Source: Patescibacteria group bacterium
Lineage (GTDB): Bacteria; Patescibacteriota; Minisyncoccia; Phycocordibacterales; UBA918
DNA length: 64,000 bases
Reading direction: 5' to 3'
Assembly (NCBI GenBank): GCA_039188945.1
Contig: JBCCYW010000003.1
Span: forward strand, 8,573 to 72,572
The position numbers and the translations under genes were made by a program. The notes under the pieces are model-generated. The model made no database searches and was not told the DNA's origin. It saw only the letters and a list, made by a program, of their open reading frames with translations. Below are positions 59,058 to 64,000 of the stretch, piece by piece; the stretch's first letter is position 1, and each line of letters begins with the position of its first letter.

Positions 59058-59873
59058 CTATGTAGGCAATTGAAATTTTGTTCTTTCTTTACTAACTATA
59101 CCCTCAGCTAGCAACTTCTCCAATTGCGCATCAACGCGTAACTCATCAAACGGAAGCTTATGTAATTGTTTTCTAGTACAGGATTCACTAGAAAGCAGAC
59201 GAATAATGGCACCGCGAATCTGACGGTCACTACCTTTGAAGGTCGATTGTTTCGCATATTGTTTGCTTTGCGTAGTGTTATTACCTTCTGTTTGTTTGAG
59301 GTGCGAGCCGTAGTCCATAAGTGCCCAGTACCATTCTCGCGCTCGGTCACGGTCGAGAGTCTTCTCTACTAGTTTTAGTATCTCCTTATCATCAACGTCA
59401 GTCTGGTTCTTAAAAAAATGATGGAGGTAAACCGTTCGGATGTTTGTTTCGATAATTGGGACGGCTTGATTGTACGCAAAGGCCATCACCGCTCCAGCGG
59501 TGTAAGGACCAACACCCGGAAGATCGAGTAGGCCATCGTAGGTTTTGGGAAATGTTCCCTTAAGATCATTCGTTACGACTTGCGCTGCTTCCCATAACCG
59601 CTTCGCTCGAGAGTTGTAGCCCAAGCCTTGCCACATTCGTAACACCTCACCAAGTGGCGCGGCAGCTAGCTGCCGTGCCATCCCCCATCGCATCATAAAA
59701 TCTCGATACTTCGGCTCCACCCGACTCACCTGCGTCTGCTGCAACATTACTTCTGACACCAAAATATCGTATGGCTTACAATGTTTCTTTTTGCGCCACT
59801 GCAAATCATGACGGGCTTTTTTACTGTAAAAATCCCAGACTGTCTTAACAAACCTTCTCTCCTTTTGATTCAT
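59058..59873 (-). CDS. mutY: A/G-specific adenine glycosylase (short MutY, no Fe-S motif)
   Basis: PYDILVSEVMLQQTQV, WQGLGYNSRA, LPGVGPYTA, ALMDYG. Confidence 0.88.
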   Translation of the reverse strand: MNQKERRFVKTVWDFYSKKARHDLQWRKKKHCKPYDILVSEVMLQQTQVSRVEPKYRDFMMRWGMARQLAAAPLGEVLRMWQGLGYNSRAKRLWEAAQVVTNDLKGTFPKTYDGLLDLPGVGPYTAGAVMAFAYNQAVPIIETNIRTVYLHHFFKNQTDVDDKEILKLVEKTLDRDRAREWYWALMDYGSHLKQTEGNNTTQSKQYAKQSTFKGSDRQIRGAIIRLLSSESCTRKQLHKLPFDELRVDAQLEKLLAEGIVSKERTKFQLPT

Positions 59874-60097
59874 TATTCAACTACCCGGTAGGTTGCTTGG
59901 GGACGCTCCGGGATAATCCACCACGCAATTCCATACACAATAGCAACCGGTACAATTGCTGTCATGAGAGCTAACAATATAATCCCCAGTCGCCATAGCA
60001 CTGGATCGCCACCAAAGTAGTCTGAGAGGCCGCTCATTACGCCACCAATCGCTTTATTGTCATCATTTCGATACAATCGTTTTTCCATGTCCAACAT
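59873..60097 (-). CDS. pspC: PspC domain protein
   Basis: KRLYR...KAIGGV.SGL.DYF..DP...R; YGIAWWIIP. Confidence 0.88.
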   Translation of the reverse strand: MLDMEKRLYRNDDNKAIGGVMSGLSDYFGGDPVLWRLGIILLALMTAIVPVAIVYGIAWWIIPERPQATYRVVE

Positions 60098-60783
60098 TAT
60101 AGCTCATAGATCACATCCTTGCGCTCAACCACGATCTCCCAATCACGTAATTTTGCATGGTCAAATAATTTCTGATTAGGGTTAAAACAAATTGGCCGCT
60201 CAACAGCTTCTAGCAGTGTGATGTCGCCTTCAGTATCACCAACTGCAATTGATCCCTCTTGCGTTACATCTTCTTTCTCGATCACCCGAGATACAATATT
60301 GGCCTTGTTCTCGATGAGGTGAATATCGATCATGTCACCCGTAAAGCGATCCTGGGGACCAATCTCATAAATTCGGCCATATACTTTGTCAAAACCATAC
60401 TGCGCACAGAACTCATCAAGAATGGTTTTTGGTGACTGCGAGATTGCTACCACATAATAATCACTAGCCTTAAGTGAGCTAATGAGATCGCGCGTGTAGC
60501 GATACACATGCTTGCTCTGCTCGGCCACCACTGCCCGACCAACATCAGCTAAGTCACCATAAAACACTCCTTTAATATGCTCCATATAACTCTGCACCAC
60601 GGCAGCAATATAGGCTTCGTAACTTCCCTCTCGATTGACCCACGCCACAAACTCTTTCTGGTACGACTGTCTTGCTTCAGGCGGAAAGACCTCTTGCTCC
60701 ACCAACGTCTCGACCAACTCAATTAAGAGGCTGGAGCGAAAGATAGTACCGTCTACATCAAAAAAGGCTGCTCGTTTACTCAT
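60097..60783 (-). CDS. HAD-superfamily hydrolase, subfamily IB (SerB-like)
   Basis: AAFFDVDGT, AISQSP, K, AVGDTEGD, NP. Confidence 0.9.
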   Translation of the reverse strand: MSKRAAFFDVDGTIFRSSLLIELVETLVEQEVFPPEARQSYQKEFVAWVNREGSYEAYIAAVVQSYMEHIKGVFYGDLADVGRAVVAEQSKHVYRYTRDLISSLKASDYYVVAISQSPKTILDEFCAQYGFDKVYGRIYEIGPQDRFTGDMIDIHLIENKANIVSRVIEKEDVTQEGSIAVGDTEGDITLLEAVERPICFNPNQKLFDHAKLRDWEIVVERKDVIYEL

Positions 60784-60976
60784 GTCAATGTATTAACTCA
60801 CTTATTATCTTCTGCGTCCAGGAATCTACTTTAGGAAAGAAGTAGATTCGGACATATACCACGAGAGCATTTCCATTTTTATATTCCTGTCAGTCATTAA
60901 AAAATTAGGTCAATTCAGAATAATCGCTGCGCTCATTTCTTCATTTAACATCAAAAAAGGCTGCTCGTTTACTCAT
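60755..60976 (-). repeat. 29-bp perfect direct repeat of the HAD gene 5' end (60755-60783 and 60948-60976)
   Basis: ACATCAAAAAAGGCTGCTCGTTTACTCAT occurs twice, 193 bp apart. Confidence 0.9.
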
Positions 60977-60978
60977 AC

Positions 60979-61854
60979 TTATCGAATCTCTATAAAAGTT
61001 GGGCCAAACGAACGCCACACCTCTGGTGAGACTTTTTTCTTATCAAATCGACCCTCAATTTGTTCACCCACTGCCTCAACCTCAATCGACTCATCAGGAT
61101 AGACAGCGTCTACATATAATAATTGCCCCGAGCCGTCAGCTCGTGAATACTCCATTAAGCTACCCGTGGTAGGCCTCACGCTCATGTGAATACCCTTTTG
61201 ACCGCGCAATAACTGGTGCCAACGGCCGGATACTCGAGGACGTACGGTTGGCCAAGGGATCATCCGCTGCTTTACATGAAGACGATACGTTACATACTCA
61301 ATATCCTGCAGTGGCAAGGCCAGTTCTGCCGCCGCAAATTCATCATTGAGGATGGCTCTGATTTTAGTGGTGTCAGGGTGATACACATCATAAATACTAC
61401 CGACCTCAAGATCTGGAAGTACGTCAGTTTTTTCTGACACCAAACCATCTTTCTCAACCCAGGCTTTTTCTCCGGCTCGCTCAACGTGCGCCCAACGACC
61501 CTGGTAACCAATCACCTCCACTATCATGCCGTAACGGAGCGTTCCAATAATAGTATCGAGTGCTCGAACTGGTCGTTGATAGCAAAACAAACCTTCGATA
61601 GCCACGAAGGCCCGACCCTCGTCGAATCGATACTCTCCAACCGACACTCCCACTTTTTGAGGTTCACTGTTCGCTGACGCAGGAACTCGGACCGCAGCCG
61701 ACTGTACCTGTGAGGTATATAGCGCAAGAGCATCCTTTACTTCAGTAGCAACCTGAGTGACTGGAGATGAGCTAGGAGCAGCTTTTTTCTCAATTTCTTT
61801 GCCGGTTGCAAAATCAGTTAGTTCGACGAGTACTTCCTTGAGTGCAACAATCAT
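60979..61854 (-). CDS. SH3-domain protein with a degenerate CHAP-like C-terminal domain
   Basis: IIGTLRYG..VEV....GRWAHV......WV SH3b pattern; QDIEYV...W...P.TGS...GQLLYV..V.PDESI. Confidence 0.7.
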   Translation of the reverse strand: MIVALKEVLVELTDFATGKEIEKKAAPSSSPVTQVATEVKDALALYTSQVQSAAVRVPASANSEPQKVGVSVGEYRFDEGRAFVAIEGLFCYQRPVRALDTIIGTLRYGMIVEVIGYQGRWAHVERAGEKAWVEKDGLVSEKTDVLPDLEVGSIYDVYHPDTTKIRAILNDEFAAAELALPLQDIEYVTYRLHVKQRMIPWPTVRPRVSGRWHQLLRGQKGIHMSVRPTTGSLMEYSRADGSGQLLYVDAVYPDESIEVEAVGEQIEGRFDKKKVSPEVWRSFGPTFIEIR

Positions 61855-61862
61855 AGTTCTGG

Positions 61863-62981
61863 CTAGAGAGTATTAAGTTGACGATAGGCCTGAAGAACAA
61901 TAGTCCCAACAACAGTGCTGAGGAAAATGATAAATACCAGCACACCAACTACTGGAATGAAGAATGAGGTTTCAAGCGCTAATGCACCAACCACAATCCA
62001 AAGTGGCGAGACCACCATCTGTTTATGAGCTAGCTGAGAAAGCCAGGCACCGATAGTGATCGGTAGCATTGCTAGCGAGTACAACACAACACCAATCCAG
62101 AGCACCAGAAGCAAAAGACCGATCAGTATTCCAATCACCGTAGCCAAGAGAAGTGATACGACAAGTGGTGTGGCTAACATCACCATCAAACCAACGAGTG
62201 ACTTTAACCAAAACCGATTCATCGTAAACAGCACCACCTCCGTTACACGAGGGCGCAAAAATACGTACAGCGTCAATGCCGCGAAGAGCAATATAAAGAG
62301 CGGGATGAGAATAGCCTGCAACTGATCCCTCACATCAATTTCTTCCGCGACTTCTGTTAGAGCAACGTCTCCAACTACTATTGCATTAGGAGAACGTTGG
62401 ATATCTCTCGGACTCACGTAAAGTACATCGCCACCAATGTCTGCACGATCACCAAGCGTCAACTGTGTAGCTCGCACATCAACCGTGCCACCAACCCGGC
62501 TATCAATCCGTACTCGGTCAGCTGCCCCCATAATGTTGCCGCCAATTGGTCCGGCAATTTCAATATCGCCTCCGAAAAACAACACGTCTCCTTGTACTGA
62601 CGCAGTAGAGAGGACCTTTACTGACCCACCAATGATCATAAGGTCTCCGGTAATCGTTTCTGCTACCGTCACATCACCAGCAATAATTCTCACATCATCA
62701 CCAACCGTGGCATGGACTTGAGCTGAACCAGCTACCACAAAAATATCCTCGTTTACCGTTCCGTTAATGGTAATGTTTCCAGCCGCGGCGTACATGTCTG
62801 CAGTGACCGTCCCCGACATCGATGCGATTCCAGCTGTTACATAGAAGTCACCATCTACGAGCTGCTCTTCAGAAACACTAACGGTTTCTCCCGTACGGTA
62901 CACCGTATTCGCAGCAGCAACACTGCTGCTCAAGTATGCAATTCCGATAACGACAACTGCTAATGAAAAAATTCGTAACAT
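61863..62981 (-). CDS. Polymer-forming (bactofilin-like beta-helix) membrane protein
   Basis: Repeats of V.GD....GG.V.I.G; signal peptide; multi-TM C-terminus. Confidence 0.8.
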   Translation of the reverse strand: MLRIFSLAVVVIGIAYLSSSVAAANTVYRTGETVSVSEEQLVDGDFYVTAGIASMSGTVTADMYAAAGNITINGTVNEDIFVVAGSAQVHATVGDDVRIIAGDVTVAETITGDLMIIGGSVKVLSTASVQGDVLFFGGDIEIAGPIGGNIMGAADRVRIDSRVGGTVDVRATQLTLGDRADIGGDVLYVSPRDIQRSPNAIVVGDVALTEVAEEIDVRDQLQAILIPLFILLFAALTLYVFLRPRVTEVVLFTMNRFWLKSLVGLMVMLATPLVVSLLLATVIGILIGLLLLVLWIGVVLYSLAMLPITIGAWLSQLAHKQMVVSPLWIVVGALALETSFFIPVVGVLVFIIFLSTVVGTIVLQAYRQLNTL

Positions 62982-62984
62982 ACA

Positions 62985-63731
62985 CTACTGATTAGCCTCT
63001 TCACTGAGCTCTTTAGCTACCTCTTCGATCGCCTGATTCTCTTCCTCCACCTTTTGCTCCTCACGCTTGATAGTAGAAACTGCAATATTTTGATTCTGCT
63101 GTTCAGATAGATTCATGAGGAGAAAGATAACTACTGCAGCAAAGATAATACCAAGAAAGTTCAGCCCAAGAATAAGCGATGCCCCTTTGATAATAATTGG
63201 GTCTAGAGCAGCAATCCCGACACCCACTGCGGCCAGTGGCGGAATGAGCGCAACTGCAATCGCTACTCCCGGCAAGGTTGCGCTCCACTCAGGTCGAGCC
63301 ATAACATACGCTACCGCTGCACCAGCCACCACTGCCACAAAAAAGTGCAGGAGATGTGGTTCAGTACGACTCATCACTTCAGCTGTAGCGTACATAGTAG
63401 CGTCACCAAAGAAAAAAGCCGCAATCACCGACAAGCCAAGTCCTGCTCCGACTGACTTTGTCAGAGTAGAAACAGAGCGCCCTAGCACGTTGTAATTGCT
63501 CATTACCAAACCTAAAGCAACTCCTAGAATCGGATACATCAGTGGAGCAATGAGCATACTCCCAATTACAATCGAACCACTATTTAAAAGCAGTCCCATT
63601 GTCGCCATTAACGTGGAGAGGCCAATTAGATAGAAATAATCAAAATCAGGCGTACTGTTCTCCATGAGTTGACGAACAAGAGCCGCTTTGTCTTTGTCTT
63701 GGATTGCCCGCAGTCGTGCAAATAAGGTCAT
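62985..63731 (-). CDS. DUF389/TIGR00341 membrane protein
   Basis: GLLLNS..IVIGSMLIAPLM.PI, RTEP, LPGVAIAVALIPPL. Confidence 0.9.
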   Translation of the reverse strand: MTLFARLRAIQDKDKAALVRQLMENSTPDFDYFYLIGLSTLMATMGLLLNSGSIVIGSMLIAPLMYPILGVALGLVMSNYNVLGRSVSTLTKSVGAGLGLSVIAAFFFGDATMYATAEVMSRTEPHLLHFFVAVVAGAAVAYVMARPEWSATLPGVAIAVALIPPLAAVGVGIAALDPIIIKGASLILGLNFLGIIFAAVVIFLLMNLSEQQNQNIAVSTIKREEQKVEEENQAIEEVAKELSEEANQ

Positions 63732-63790
63732 AGAATAAGGCTATTATTATCGATAGCGATAGTATACCTGGCTTCAATGGTGAATGAAAG

Positions 63791-64000
63791 TTAGATGCAG
63801 CTGGCCAGACTCAACCCTTCCAGAAAAGTCGGTTGCTCCCCACTTTTTATTTGGTTAAACCGTTCAAGGCTAACTTTGTCAACCGCACAATCAATCGAAT
63901 CTTGCTCGATAACGTAGGTCTCTACATCAATACCAGCAGTTTCAATCAAGCTGCGCTGTGATTCACTCAACGGTAGCTCGCGCAGGGGAATTGGGTCAAT
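63791..64000 (-). CDS. 3' end of a hypothetical protein (5'-truncated by the window edge)
   Basis: Open frame IDPIPLRELPLSESQRSLIETAGIDVETY...LSLASCI* ending at TAA 63791. Confidence 0.65.
   Translation of the reverse strand: MDPIPLRELPLSESQRSLIETAGIDVETYVIEQDSIDCAVDKVSLERFNQIKSGEQPTFLEGLSLASCI

Noticed and set aside
60816-60853. Cas12a-like repeat (TCTACT...AGTAGA stem) or a two-repeat CRISPR formed by the 29-bp repeats
   Set aside because: Single hairpin copy; the 29-bp repeat is coding sequence with a 164-nt spacer; no cas genes

Overview
Window from a Patescibacteria (CPR, Parcubacteria-like) chromosome, standard code 11. The lineage is inferred from gene content and style (ATST/ATTT-rich surface proteins, apparently leaderless promoters, secG-oppA-rnj block, Fe-S-less MutY). 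The first 21 kb is one giant minus-strand ORF (GTG at 21043, at least 7014 codons, no stop inside the window) that the ORF track misses. It encodes a modular adhesin-like protein in which DUF2341+LamG cassettes are nested inside other domains. It is the last gene of a co-directional cluster (30549 to <1): WxL-like putative major subunit, DUF916-like membrane protein, small TM/coiled-coil protein, three tandem FGE/C-type-lectin-fold paralogs, a dockerin protein, Hsp20 and a membrane-anchored cohesin protein. This cluster is the best candidate for an undescribed surface-assembly system. Next come a split umuD-NUDIX-GH18-(insert)-umuC locus, a CAP protein, and an ECF sigma/anti-sigma/1.8k-aa surface protein/class F sortase module. 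The rest is mostly housekeeping (pseudouridine synthase, tRNA-Ser, htpX/lemA, groESL, secG, oppA-like, rnj, MFS, mutY, pspC, HAD, DUF389), with several small repeat scars and structured intergenic elements. All domain calls come from motif recognition by eye; no searches were run.
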